Shown here: positions 18,114-27,643 of the stretch, in pieces
How the letters are laid out: the number at the start of each line of letters is the position of its first letter
How positions within the stretch are numbered: position 1 is the first letter of the stretch
Source: an uncultured Verrucomicrobiae bacterium
Lineage (GTDB): Bacteria > Chlamydiota > Chlamydiia > Chlamydiales > Rhabdochlamydiaceae
Assembly (NCBI GenBank): GCA_963806855.1
Contig: CAWDYW010000001.1
Coordinates: forward strand, 224,001 to 288,000
DNA length: 64,000 nucleotides
Direction: 5' to 3'
Notes under the pieces: generated by a model
What the model was told of the DNA's origin: nothing
Databases searched by the model: none
What the model saw: only the letters and a program-made list of their open reading frames with translations
Translations under genes and position numbers: made by a program

Positions 18114-18186
18114 TTATTGATCTTGCTTTGAATTTCGGCAGCATCGATAGGCAGAGCCCAACGTCATCAAGACAGAAGACGCTTAA
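18114..18186 (+). repeat. sdhB 3'-end repeat, copy 4 (18156-18186), with upstream shared tail
   Basis: ttattgatcttgctttgaatttcggcagcatcgataggcaga + gcccaacgtcatcaagacagaagacgcttaa. Confidence 0.92.
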
Positions 18187-18296
18187 AGAAAATTGTCAGA
18201 ACGTCTATAATAAAACGATGAATCTAAAGAAATTGTGTCATTTATCCTATAACGCCGTAAAACAAGGCCCTTTAGGGCCGTGATGTAAGGCGCCGT

Positions 18297-18713
18297 TTAG
18301 TCTGGGGTATTCTGTTGTTCAATATACTGTCTAATGATCGATATTGGGGCTCCACCGCAAGAGCCTGCAAAATAACTTGGCGACCATAGGGCAGTTCCCC
18401 ATAGATATTTTGTAATAGATGGGTAGTTCTTCTTGCGGATCATCCTCGAAGATACCCCTTTTAATGAGTTTACAAGTTTTGAGACCGATACTTTAGGTGG
18501 ATAGTTGATCAACAGATGAACATGGTCTTTTTCGCCATCAAATTCTATCAGAACAGCTTCAAAATCAGTGCAGACACTTTCAAAGGTCTTCCTCAGATCA
18601 GATAGAATGGACTTAGTGAAGACACACCTTCTGTATTTTGTAACAAAGACCAAATGCACATGCAGAGCAAAAACACAGGATCTACCTCTTCTCAAATCTG
18701 TTGACTTTAACAT
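18297..18713 (-). CDS. tnpA: Y1 HUH transposase TnpA
   Basis: HVHLVFVTKYRR, DHVHLL, LWSPSYF, RQYIEQQ. Confidence 0.96.
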   Translation of the reverse strand: MLKSTDLRRGRSCVFALHVHLVFVTKYRRCVFTKSILSDLRKTFESVCTDFEAVLIEFDGEKDHVHLLINYPPKVSVSKLVNSLKGVSSRMIRKKNYPSITKYLWGTALWSPSYFAGSCGGAPISIIRQYIEQQNTPD

Positions 18714-18736
18714 AGGCCAAATTTAAAATTTAAACC

Positions 18737-19924
18737 ATGATCTTAAAAAGGGCATTCAAATTCAAGCTAAAACCTACTTTGTTGCAATATGAAATGTTCT
18801 TACGCTTTGCCGGGGCTCGTCGTTTTGTATTTAATCGAGGACTAGATGAGCGACAAAAAGCCTACGAAGCTACTGGAAAAGGCCCTTCTTATTTCGAACA
18901 AAACAAAGAACTAACCCGATTAAAAGAAACAGAGGAGACTTCTTGGTTGAAGGAAATCCATAGCCAGGTGCTTCAACAAGGGCTTAAGGATCTCGATAGA
19001 GCATTTCAGAACTTTTTTGTAAGAGTAAAGAAAGGGAAGAAGCCGGGGTATCCAAATTTTAAAAAGAAAGGGATGAATGAGAGCTTCCGATTCCCACAAG
19101 GAGTCAAAGTTGAAAATTCCAAGGTCTATTTACCCAAAATCGGATGGGTGAAATTTCGAAAATCGCGAGATATCCAAGGTGAGATCAAAGAGACAACCGT
19201 CCTGCAAGAGGGAACCGATTGGGTTATCTCATTCTCATGTGAATGGGAAAAGGTACTCCCAAAGAAAGCGCCTATAGATGAAGAGCGGGCGATAGGGATC
19301 GATGTAGGGATAGAACATTTCGCTACTACGGCAGCTGGAAAGGAAAACAGAGCAGAAGAGATTGAAAATCCAAAGTTTTTGAGAAAAAAGCTATCCCATC
19401 TTCGATATCTCTCAAGACAATTATCCAGGAAAACCCCAAAAGGAAAAAATAGACTCAAGGCCAGGCTAAAAGTCTCCAAGTTACATGCCAGCATCAAGAA
19501 CCTCAGAAATGATTTTGTACAACAACTCTCAGCAAAGATGGTCAAAACCCACGACATCTTTTGCATTGAGAGCCTAGATATTTCCAGCCTACTAGAGAAG
19601 AGCCCAAAAGGACTTTCCCGAGCGATATCAGATGCGGGCTGGGGAAGTTTTTTGCACTGCCTTAATTACAAAATTGAAGAGCACGGAAAACACCTTGTAG
19701 CAGTAGACAGGTATTTTCCAAGCAGTCAAATTTGTGCGGCATGTGATAGTCGGCAAAAGATGCCCCTCTCTATCCGGGAGTATCATTGTCCAAATTGCGG
19801 AGTAAAGAATGCCCGTGATTACAACAGTGCGATAGTTCTAAAGGCCGCCGGAATGTCGGTCTTAAAAGCCTGTGGAGCTGCCCTCGTTGGAGGGAGCGTT
19901 GAAGCAGGAATCTCTCGACTTTAG
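18737..19924 (+). CDS. tnpB: RNA-guided endonuclease TnpB
   Basis: RuvC D (GIDVG), E (IESL), D (RDYNSA) and Zn ribbon CAAC..CPNC all present. Confidence 0.96.
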   Translation: MILKRAFKFKLKPTLLQYEMFLRFAGARRFVFNRGLDERQKAYEATGKGPSYFEQNKELTRLKETEETSWLKEIHSQVLQQGLKDLDRAFQNFFVRVKKGKKPGYPNFKKKGMNESFRFPQGVKVENSKVYLPKIGWVKFRKSRDIQGEIKETTVLQEGTDWVISFSCEWEKVLPKKAPIDEERAIGIDVGIEHFATTAAGKENRAEEIENPKFLRKKLSHLRYLSRQLSRKTPKGKNRLKARLKVSKLHASIKNLRNDFVQQLSAKMVKTHDIFCIESLDISSLLEKSPKGLSRAISDAGWGSFLHCLNYKIEEHGKHLVAVDRYFPSSQICAACDSRQKMPLSIREYHCPNCGVKNARDYNSAIVLKAAGMSVLKACGAALVGGSVEAGISRL

Positions 19925-19955
19925 TCGGGAGAGGTTCAAGCTTAATATTGAATGA
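19790..19955 (+). ncRNA. Predicted TnpB omega/reRNA (5' boundary approximate), guide taken from the right flank
   Basis: Known IS605 architecture: the RNA overlaps the tnpB 3' end and right-end hairpin, and the guide starts after TCAA (GCTTAATATTGAATGA...). Confidence 0.5.
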
Positions 19956-20181
19956 CCCGATTTGGATCAGATCGGACACTCGATAGATACTCAAAACAAA
20001 GACCGTTTGTTCCTAAAGCGGTGTAATTTTCTTCTGTTGTAGGAGGATGGTCTAAATTATTGACATATTCCCCTACGTGATTTCCAAGTGTCACATCGGG
20101 ATCAGAAGCGTTAAAAAAGGGCAACAGGTTCATCTGGATAATAGAAATATTTAGACGAGATCAATTTTGGGCATATGCAAA

Positions 20182-20826
20182 TCATATGTAATATGATAAA
20201 TATCGATGTGTTATTGAGTGGATCACTTTTGGCAGAAAGTAGCCGATAGCTATTCCGCCAATATGAACTGCCTCCACATAGGCAAAAAGGGCAATCGAAC
20301 CTGATATTCCGTTTTTACCCAGATCGAAAGAGCCAATCGCAATTATTGCGGCAAAGAATAAATTCACTTTCTTCGCTGTTACTCCATCAAGCGCATGTAC
20401 TGCATCCATTCCCATAATGCTCAAACTGCAACTCATAATAAAAAGCCCCAAGAATACGTTAGAAGACATTTTATCAGCAAGCCATACTGGACTGTAGAAC
20501 AGTAGGCCACTAATTAGTATAGGGATTTGCTCTGCATGTTTATCTACTATTTTCCAAATTCGTTCTAGAAAAGGAGGTTTTGGAATTGAATCCTGATCAA
20601 TTGTAGCACGGCAAAGTGAGCAATTGCTTTGATAAAAGGCCATTCTCCTTAAGCAAATTTCATGAATATAGTGAATAAGTTGAGATGAACCCTTACCTGC
20701 TGGATGAGCCCACCAAGACCTTCCATTATCTGATGTAGTAGTCTCTAGACAAACAGAGCAATTTTCATTGCCTGGAACCTCTTCTCGCTTAATAGGTTGA
20801 AATGAAACGAAAGTAGTAACTGCCAT
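20182..20826 (-). CDS. RING-finger membrane protein (candidate E3 ligase effector)
   Basis: CSVC...H...HYIHEIC...CSLCR followed by ~4 hydrophobic helices. Confidence 0.7.
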   Translation of the reverse strand: MAVTTFVSFQPIKREEVPGNENCSVCLETTTSDNGRSWWAHPAGKGSSQLIHYIHEICLRRMAFYQSNCSLCRATIDQDSIPKPPFLERIWKIVDKHAEQIPILISGLLFYSPVWLADKMSSNVFLGLFIMSCSLSIMGMDAVHALDGVTAKKVNLFFAAIIAIGSFDLGKNGISGSIALFAYVEAVHIGGIAIGYFLPKVIHSITHRYLSYYI

Positions 20827-20912
20827 TTTTAAACCCCTTCAATTGATTATAGTGATTATATAATAAATATTGTTAAAAAGTCAATTAAAAAATACTTTTT
20901 GCATACTTAATT

Positions 20913-21608
20913 TTAATATAAACAGGTGCTTTGACGATGGGGTTGCTCTAGAATTGGAAGGACATCTTCTAAACGGATAGGTTGAACGGGGAAATGGCTG
21001 GTAAGAACATTTTTGACTGATTCGATGCATGCGGTTTTGTCGGGCATGTGGTGAGATAGGCAGGTTAAGAAATCATCATGCTGCCGCTCTTGTCGGTAGG
21101 TCGGGGTCTTTTTAGGGTGGAGCAAAAGATCCATGAGCTCTTTCTGATAGTTCCAGAGGAAGGTGGTGTGATGCAGCCAGCGCCCTTTTCGTAAATACTG
21201 GGCATTGCCGCCACACTTCTTCTCGCCGATTACATAGTCGTTTTCTCTAAGCTGGAATTCTTCTAATTTGAAGGCTGCCTTGTAAATCCCTTCGGTCCAT
21301 TTCATGATCGGTTCAGGGTAGGGGGCGAAATCGTGCGATTCGGTTTGGCAGAGGAAGGAGATGAAGAGGGTCTCATCGTCCACGACGACTGTCCCTCCGC
21401 CGCTGAACCGTTTGATCACGGGAATCTTAGCGAGAGAAGCTCTTTCTACGTCGATCAACTCTTCGGGTTTGCCGGAAATTCCCATCACGATGGCAGGAGG
21501 TGACCCTTCATTGATGATGCAATAATTGCTGCTGTCGAGCCGTAAAAGGGCCTCCTCCAGTTGCAATTGCTTAAAGATCGGATAGTTCTTTAGGTGCAGA
21601 ATTTTCAT
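20913..21608 (-). CDS. lplA: Lipoate-protein ligase family protein
   Basis: KRFSGGGTV, NDYVIGEKKCGGNAQ, HHTTFL. Confidence 0.88.
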   Translation of the reverse strand: MKILHLKNYPIFKQLQLEEALLRLDSSNYCIINEGSPPAIVMGISGKPEELIDVERASLAKIPVIKRFSGGGTVVVDDETLFISFLCQTESHDFAPYPEPIMKWTEGIYKAAFKLEEFQLRENDYVIGEKKCGGNAQYLRKGRWLHHTTFLWNYQKELMDLLLHPKKTPTYRQERQHDDFLTCLSHHMPDKTACIESVKNVLTSHFPVQPIRLEDVLPILEQPHRQSTCLY

Positions 21609-23422
21609 GCTTTCTTTTCATAGCGACCATCAAGATCGAAATGTCGGCTGGGTTCACTCCTGAAAGGCGTGAGGCTTGTCCCAAATTGACCGGTTTAATT
21701 TTCTTGAGCACTTCGCGCGCTTCATTGCGCAGGCCAATCACGGATCCAAAATCAAAATCGGCGGGGACTTTGATGTTTTCGATTTGATCGAGCTTGGCAA
21801 TTTCGATTGTTTGCCTTTCGATATACCCTTCGTACTTGAGGTAGAGCTCGATTTGGCGATTGATCTCGCCACCATGATCGGGGATGCCGAGCTCTATAAG
21901 TTGAACATAGTACACTTCGGGACGGCAGAGCATCTGGGCGAGGTTGGTCCGTTTCCCTTCGACATCTTTATGTGTTTTTCGTAAGAATGCGATCATCTCT
22001 TCGATGATTTGCTTCTTTTTAAGTAATTTTTGATAGCGCGCTTCGTCGATTAGGCCGAGTTGATAGCCATAGGGGCGCAGGCGTAGGTCGGCATTATCTT
22101 GGCGCAGGAGGAGGCGGTGTTCGGCGCGGCTGGTGAACATCCGGTAGGGCTCGTCGAGGTCTTTTGAGATCAGCTCATCGATCATCACGCCGATATAGGC
22201 TTCGGAACGTTTGAGGATGAATGCGTGGTTTGCCGAGGATTTTGCAGGCAGCGTTGATTCCGGCGATGAGGCCTTGTGCGGCTGCCTCTTCGTAGCCGGT
22301 TGTGCCGTTGATTTGTCCGGCGAGAAAGAGCCCGTAGATGGTTTTGGTCTCGAGGGTCAGGTTGAGCTGGCCGCTTATGACGTAGTCGTATTCGATCGCA
22401 TAGGCAGGGCGCATCATTTCTGCTTTTTCGAGGCCGGGGACGCTGTGGAGCATCTTTAATTGTACATCGAAGGGGAGCGAGGAAGAGATGCCGTTGACGT
22501 AGATCTCATCGGTATCGAGCCCTTCCGGCTCGAGGAAGAGCTGGTGACGCTCTTTATCGGGGAAACGGCGCACTTTTTCTTCGAAAGAGGGGCAGTAGCG
22601 GGGTCCGATTCCTTTGATTTGCTCCGGAATACATTGGGGAGCGGTGGATGTTCTCTTGGACGACTTTCTTTGGTCTCCTCGGTAGGTGTAGGTGATCCAG
22701 CAACTGACTTGGGGAAGCCGCGGCTCGGGCTCATCGTAAGAGAAGCTAAGGCCCTCGTCGCCTGGTTGCTCATCCATTTGGGTGAAGTCGATGCTGCGGC
22801 GGTGGATGCGGGGCGGCGTCCCGGTTTTGAGACGGCCGAGTCGAAAGCCGAGGTCGAGGAGATTTTTGGAGAGGCCAACGGATGGTTGATCGCCGGCGCG
22901 GCCGCCTGGGTAAGAGACTTCGCCGATGTGGATCAGCCCTTGCATGAATGTCCCAGCCGAGAGGACGACAGCTTTGCCGAGGTAGGCGATCCCCTCTTTG
23001 GTCCTCACTCCGGTGACTCGATTGTCTTCGATGATCAGTCCTTCGGTGGTCGCTTGCTTGATGAAGAGGTTGTCGATCCCCTCGAGCATTTGCTTCATGA
23101 AGGTTTGGAAGGCAAATTTATCGGTTTGGGCACGGGGAGACCAGACGGCGGGGCCTTTCGAGGCGTTGAGCATCCGGAATTGGATGGCGCTCCGATCGGC
23201 AATTTTTCCTTGGATCCCACCCAGTGCATCGATTTCGCGGACTAAATGACCCTTGGCAGTCCCGCCAACAGCGGGATTGCAGCTCATTTTTCCGATAGTA
23301 TCGAGTGTCATGGTCAACAGGAGCGTCTTAGCCCCCATTTTGGCAGATGCATGCGCAGCTTCACAACCGGCATGCCCTGCGCCTACCACAATGACATCAA
23401 AAGATTCTGGATAGGTCCACAT
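21571..23422 (-). CDS. mnmG: tRNA uridine-34 modification enzyme MnmG/GidA (frameshifts near 22690-22620 and ~22230)
   Basis: [57 protein letters not shown], split across frames. Confidence 0.95.
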
Positions 23423-23424
23423 TG

Positions 23425-23514
23425 TTATTTAGGCTTATGCCGATCGCGGCGGCGCCTTTTTTTTCGCTTGTGCTTGGCAATTTTTTTTTGACGTTTCTTC
23501 TTTACAGATGACAT
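23425..23514 (-). CDS. Small basic AURKAIP1/COX24 (bS22/mS38-like) protein, 29 aa
   Basis: Own translation [37 protein letters not shown] at 23521-23525 on the minus strand. Confidence 0.8.
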   Translation of the reverse strand: MSSVKKKRQKKIAKHKRKKRRRRDRHKPK

Positions 23515-23594
23515 TGAGTTCTCCTAGTCATAGAAGAGAATAGTACGCCAATTTCCTCTAAAAGTAAAGTGCCGAATGTGATAACCTCGAGGAT

Positions 23595-24602
23595 ATGACC
23601 TCCCTGATCGAGTTCCAAGCAGTCTCTAAGCGGTATTATCGGCAAAAGCAAAAAGATGTCCATGCACTCCGTCATGTCAACTTAAAAATTGAAAAAGGGG
23701 ATATTTTTGGGATCATCGGCCTCTCGGGTGCTGGGAAAACAACTCTTCTACGGTGCCTCGCCACATTGGAAAAGCCCTCGTTTGGTCAGATTTTAATCAG
23801 AGGGGAAGAGATCACGACGTTAGATGAGGTCGCCTTGCGCAGAGTGAGACGGCAGATGGGGATGATTTTCCAGCATTTTAATCTCTTTTCTTCCCGCACA
23901 GTCAGTGAGAATATTGCCTATCCGCTGGAAATCGGCGGCTTCCCCAAAGAAGAGGCCCGTCTCAAGGTGAGTGAGCTGATCCATTTAGTGGGTCTGGAAG
24001 AGCAAAGAGATGCCTACCCAGCCTCTTTAAGCGGCGGGCAGAAGCAGCGGGTGGGAATTGCCCGAGCGCTCGCCAACGCGCCTGAAATTTTGCTCTGTGA
24101 TGAGGCCACCTCTTCATTGGATCCAAGAACGACGAATGAGATATTGGATCTCATCAGAAAATTGCAGCAGGATCTCTCTTTGACTGTGGTCTTGATCACT
24201 CACCAGATGGAGGTGGTAAAGGCGCTCTGCAATAAGGTCGCTGTCCTCGAACGGGGCGAGGTGGTCGAAGAGGGGATGCTCTCAGAGGTCTTTAGCGAAC
24301 CGAAACATCCGCTCACCAAACAATTTTTGCAAAAGGCGGTACACGAAGTTCCGCAGTATCTGCTGACTGGCAAAGGAAAAGTGCTCCACCTCCACTTTAA
24401 GGGAGGAAAAGCTGAGAAACCGGTCATCACCCAAATGGTCAAAAAATTTCAGGTCGATGCCAATATTTTACTCGGCTGGATCGATTCGCTGCAGTCGGTC
24501 ACGATCGGCAATCTGATCATCGAACTCACTGGAGAGGCCCTAGATGAGGCGATTGAATTTCTCCGCTCCCAAGGGATCAAAGTAGAGGAGATACAATGTT
24601 AA
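23595..24602 (+). CDS. metN: Methionine ABC transporter ATPase
   Basis: GLSGAGKT, LSGGQKQRVGIARAL, LCDEATSSLDP, NIL-like C-terminus. Confidence 0.92.
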   Translation: MTSLIEFQAVSKRYYRQKQKDVHALRHVNLKIEKGDIFGIIGLSGAGKTTLLRCLATLEKPSFGQILIRGEEITTLDEVALRRVRRQMGMIFQHFNLFSSRTVSENIAYPLEIGGFPKEEARLKVSELIHLVGLEEQRDAYPASLSGGQKQRVGIARALANAPEILLCDEATSSLDPRTTNEILDLIRKLQQDLSLTVVLITHQMEVVKALCNKVAVLERGEVVEEGMLSEVFSEPKHPLTKQFLQKAVHEVPQYLLTGKGKVLHLHFKGGKAEKPVITQMVKKFQVDANILLGWIDSLQSVTIGNLIIELTGEALDEAIEFLRSQGIKVEEIQC

Positions 24603-25237
24603 ATCTGCTCTTTGGAGCCACCGTTGAAACACTCTACATGGTTTTTACAGCGGCTTTTTTTGCGCTCCTGATCGGTCTTCCGCTGGGGATCATTTTATAT
24701 ATCACAGAAAAAAAACGGCCAACGGTCTATAGGATCCTCGGCACGATCGTCAATATCGGCAGATCATTCCCCTTTGCGATTTTGCTCATCGCCCTGATTC
24801 CATTTACCCGCTGGGTTGTCGGCACGAGTCTCGGCACAACCGCCTCTATCGTCCCTCTTGCCATTGCTGCCGCTCCCTATATTGCCCGCGTCGTCGAATC
24901 GATTCTACAAGGAATCGGGATCAGTCTCATTGAGGCAGCCACTGTGATGGGATCGACACCTTGGCAGATCATTGTCAAAGTGCTCCTGCCGGAAAGTATG
25001 CCCGCGCTGATTCGAGGCTACACCGTCGCCATAGTTAATCTGGTCGGCTACACCGCGATGGCAGGACTAGTCGGTGGGGGCGGCCTCGGCGCGGTTGCGA
25101 TTCAATATGGCTATCAGCGCTTTGATGGCTTCATCATGTTTTGGACGGTGGTCTTGCTGATCGTCATCGTTCAGCTGATCCAATGGGGCGGCAACACCTG
25201 GGCGAATGCCCTTCTAAAAAAACGGGGACTATTATGA
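24596..25237 (+). CDS. metI: Methionine ABC transporter permease
   Basis: RSFPFAILL, EAA loop, VGGGGLG. Confidence 0.92.
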   Translation: MLNLLFGATVETLYMVFTAAFFALLIGLPLGIILYITEKKRPTVYRILGTIVNIGRSFPFAILLIALIPFTRWVVGTSLGTTASIVPLAIAAAPYIARVVESILQGIGISLIEAATVMGSTPWQIIVKVLLPESMPALIRGYTVAIVNLVGYTAMAGLVGGGGLGAVAIQYGYQRFDGFIMFWTVVLLIVIVQLIQWGGNTWANALLKKRGLL

Positions 25238-26028
25238 AAAAATGGATTTTATTTTTGATGCTGATCTGCGTTTTCGGATGCAGTAAAAAAGAGGATAAGA
25301 ATACGCTGAAAATCGCTGCGACAGCGGTGCCTCACGCGGAAATGCTCAATTTCATTAAGCCCGATCTCGAGCAGCAAGGGATCAAGCTCAAGATCAGCGT
25401 CGTCGATGATTACAATATCCCCAATCGTCTCCTTTCAGAAAAAGAGGTCGACGCCAATTTCTTCCAGCATGTGCCCTTCATGGAAAATCAGATTAAAAAT
25501 TTTGGATATAAAATCCAGTGCTTTGCTCGTATCCACCTCGAGCCGATGGCCCTCTACTCGCGCAAATACAAATCCTTAGAGGAATTGCCAGATGGGGCGA
25601 TCATTTCGGTCCCCAACGATCCGACCAATGAATACCGAGCCCTCTCCATTTTGGTCAGTAAAGGGCTGATTACTCTTCGCCCAGGGGCAAATCTCAATTC
25701 CACTGTGGCAGACATTCAGAGCAATCCGAAGAAATTGAAATTTCGAGAGATTGACGCAGCTCTTATTCCACGCACCTTAAGCGATGTCGATGTTGCCGCG
25801 ATCAACACCAACTGGGCATTGCAAGCAGGGTTGAACCCAACGAAAGATGCGCTGGCAATCGAGAGCGAGGATTCCCCCTATGCCAACATCGTCGCCATCC
25901 GTACGGGAGAGGGCAGTGATCCCCGCCTAGAGGCATTGAAAAAGGCGATGCTCTCAGACAAAATGAGAGCATTCATCCTCGAGAAATACAAAGGGACGAT
26001 CATTCCTATTTTGAAGGAGTGCCATTGA
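25234..26028 (+). CDS. metQ: MetQ/NlpA lipoprotein
   Basis: Lipobox VFGC, PHAE, DANFFQH, PNDPTNE. Confidence 0.92.
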   Translation: MKKWILFLMLICVFGCSKKEDKNTLKIAATAVPHAEMLNFIKPDLEQQGIKLKISVVDDYNIPNRLLSEKEVDANFFQHVPFMENQIKNFGYKIQCFARIHLEPMALYSRKYKSLEELPDGAIISVPNDPTNEYRALSILVSKGLITLRPGANLNSTVADIQSNPKKLKFREIDAALIPRTLSDVDVAAINTNWALQAGLNPTKDALAIESEDSPYANIVAIRTGEGSDPRLEALKKAMLSDKMRAFILEKYKGTIIPILKECH

Positions 26029-26401
26029 GAATTTCTACTTTGCGAGTTTCTGCTAACGAGATTTGATTAACGCAATGGTCCTTCAGCACAATGAGCGATT
26101 GGAGCGTATTGCTCAAGAAGCAAATAGGTGCGCATCCGGCGATGATCAACATGGTGCCGATTTCAGCAAGACCCCACATCCCCGAGGGTGCAACAATCGA
26201 AAAGACTCCAGCGCCGACGAAGAATAGACTTGTTGACGAAATGACGATTAAGGCAACCGCCAGCGCTTTCACAACGGTGATCATCAGTTGGCTGTCTGCT
26301 ACAATGTCATCGCAAATCGACGCTTTATCGACTCTTGCGAGATCGTACTCTGGCATAGCCTCTATTGTTCCTGCCTTACGGTATTCTGCAATCTGTGACA
26401 T
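26006..26401 (-). CDS. Hypothetical Inc-like membrane protein
   Basis: Bilobed hydrophobic domain, AGGAG RBS, motif similarity to 7330..7890. Confidence 0.6.
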   Translation of the reverse strand: MSQIAEYRKAGTIEAMPEYDLARVDKASICDDIVADSQLMITVVKALAVALIVISSTSLFFVGAGVFSIVAPSGMWGLAEIGTMLIIAGCAPICFLSNTLQSLIVLKDHCVNQISLAETRKVEILNGTPSK

Positions 26402-26483
26402 CTTGTTCTCCTGATCAAGTTTTCAAAAAAGTTTATAGCTTTTCCGATTTTAAGAAAACTGTTGCTGAAAAATCGGTGGAAAT

Positions 26484-26496
26484 TGAACAATGTTCA
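26484..26496. promoter_or_regulatory. Putative TetR operator 1
   Basis: TGAACA-A-TGTTCA, 3 nt before the tetR ATG. Confidence 0.7.
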
Positions 26497-26499
26497 CTT

Positions 26500-27087
26500 A
26501 TGACAAAAGAGAAGCTGAAAACAAAGGTGTTCAACTCGGCGTGGAAGATCGTCGAAGAGGAAGGGATGACCAGACTCAATGTACGCACTATTGCCAAACT
26601 GAGCGAGTGCTCTTTGGGCTCGATCTACAACTGCTTTGAGAACTTCGAGTCGCTCCAGCTACACATCAACGCGGCGGTCCTCATGGATCTTTTCTCCACA
26701 TTGCGGCAAGTGATCGACAGAGGGATTAAGCAGAAGAAAAAATTGCCGGAAATTTTCCGCGAGCTGGGAATTGCCTACATCGAATTTGCCAATCAAAAGA
26801 AATTTCTCTGGAAGGCTCTATTTGAACATTTCCCTGTTGAACCGCTTCCAGAGTGGTATCGGAAGCAGGCCCAAGAGGGGATCTACCAGATTGCCGCTCA
26901 GCTAGCGAAGCATTTTAAAATCCCCGAAAGCGAGATGAAGTCGAAAGTGGGCTTCTTCTGGGCTTCTATTCACGGGATGGGGGCCATTCTCCTCAATCGG
27001 AAAATGGAGATGGTCTCAGATCTATTCAAGGAGAGCAACCTCGACACCTATATCGACTATTGCCTGGAAGGCCTATTTCCTAAGTAA
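26500..27087 (+). CDS. TetR/AcrR-family regulator (WHG-like C-terminus)
   Basis: LNVRTIAKLSECSLGSIYNCF HTH, FWASIHG. Confidence 0.88.
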   Translation: MTKEKLKTKVFNSAWKIVEEEGMTRLNVRTIAKLSECSLGSIYNCFENFESLQLHINAAVLMDLFSTLRQVIDRGIKQKKKLPEIFRELGIAYIEFANQKKFLWKALFEHFPVEPLPEWYRKQAQEGIYQIAAQLAKHFKIPESEMKSKVGFFWASIHGMGAILLNRKMEMVSDLFKESNLDTYIDYCLEGLFPK

Positions 27088-27099
27088 ATTTTTTTAAAC

Positions 27100-27122
27100 A
27101 AAAATGAACATTGTTCATTTTT
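27100..27122. promoter_or_regulatory. Putative TetR operator 2 (perfect palindrome)
   Basis: AAAAATGAACA-T-TGTTCATTTTT. Confidence 0.78.
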
Positions 27123-27142
27123 TAACTAATAAGGAGACCAAC

Positions 27143-27643
27143 ATGAAAAAGATCATCGCGTTCATCACTCTAACCACAGCTGCGTTTGCAGGAGAAGTCG
27201 CCTACGAACCGACGCTCCACTATTCCTACAATTATGGCTCGGTCGGGCTTGGCCCCCTGCCGATACCTGCCCCCACATTTGGACTTGGGCGGCGCATCAT
27301 GACAGGCGATCGATTCGCTGTCGATGTTGGCGCCGAAGTGGCGACTCTAGTCCGTATCAATGCGGTGAAAGGCTATGTCAATGGGCTCATGTACATCAAT
27401 CAAAAGCCCAGATCGCAGTACTACATGGGTCTGGGAGGATCTGTCGGCGGCATCTTTGGCCCCAGCAAGTTTTGCCTTGAAGGTTATGCCGCGCCGAACT
27501 TGATTTTTGGAAAGGAGTTTTGCACCTGCAAAGGATCAAAACAATTCTTTCAGGTCGAGGTGAAATATCCGATCTATCTGATGAAAGAGGCCACCTTCAT
27601 CAACTGGGGCCTCATTAATCTCAAATATGGATTTGCTTTTTAA
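27143..27643 (+). CDS. Small outer-membrane beta-barrel-like protein
   Basis: AAGGAG RBS, signal peptide ending AFA, alternating strands, C-terminal KYGFAF. Confidence 0.65.
   Translation: MKKIIAFITLTTAAFAGEVAYEPTLHYSYNYGSVGLGPLPIPAPTFGLGRRIMTGDRFAVDVGAEVATLVRINAVKGYVNGLMYINQKPRSQYYMGLGGSVGGIFGPSKFCLEGYAAPNLIFGKEFCTCKGSKQFFQVEVKYPIYLMKEATFINWGLINLKYGFAF

Larger units (their letters stand above)
18246..19939 (+). mobile_element. IS200/IS605-family element (IS605 group, divergent tnpA/tnpB)
   Basis: TTAT at 18242-18245, left-end hairpin GGCCCTTTAGGGCC, right-end hairpin TCTCTCGACTTTAGTCGGGAGA, terminal TCAA at 19936-19939, no TSD. Confidence 0.88.

Noticed and set aside
15362..18186. Four ~31-nt direct repeats as a CRISPR array
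   Set aside because: Spacing is 0.75-1.15 kb with whole genes between, the repeat is sdhB coding sequence, and there are no cas genes
19942..20133. 63-aa ORF beside the IS right end
   Set aside because: No recognisable motif or clear RBS. It may be a remnant but cannot be supported.
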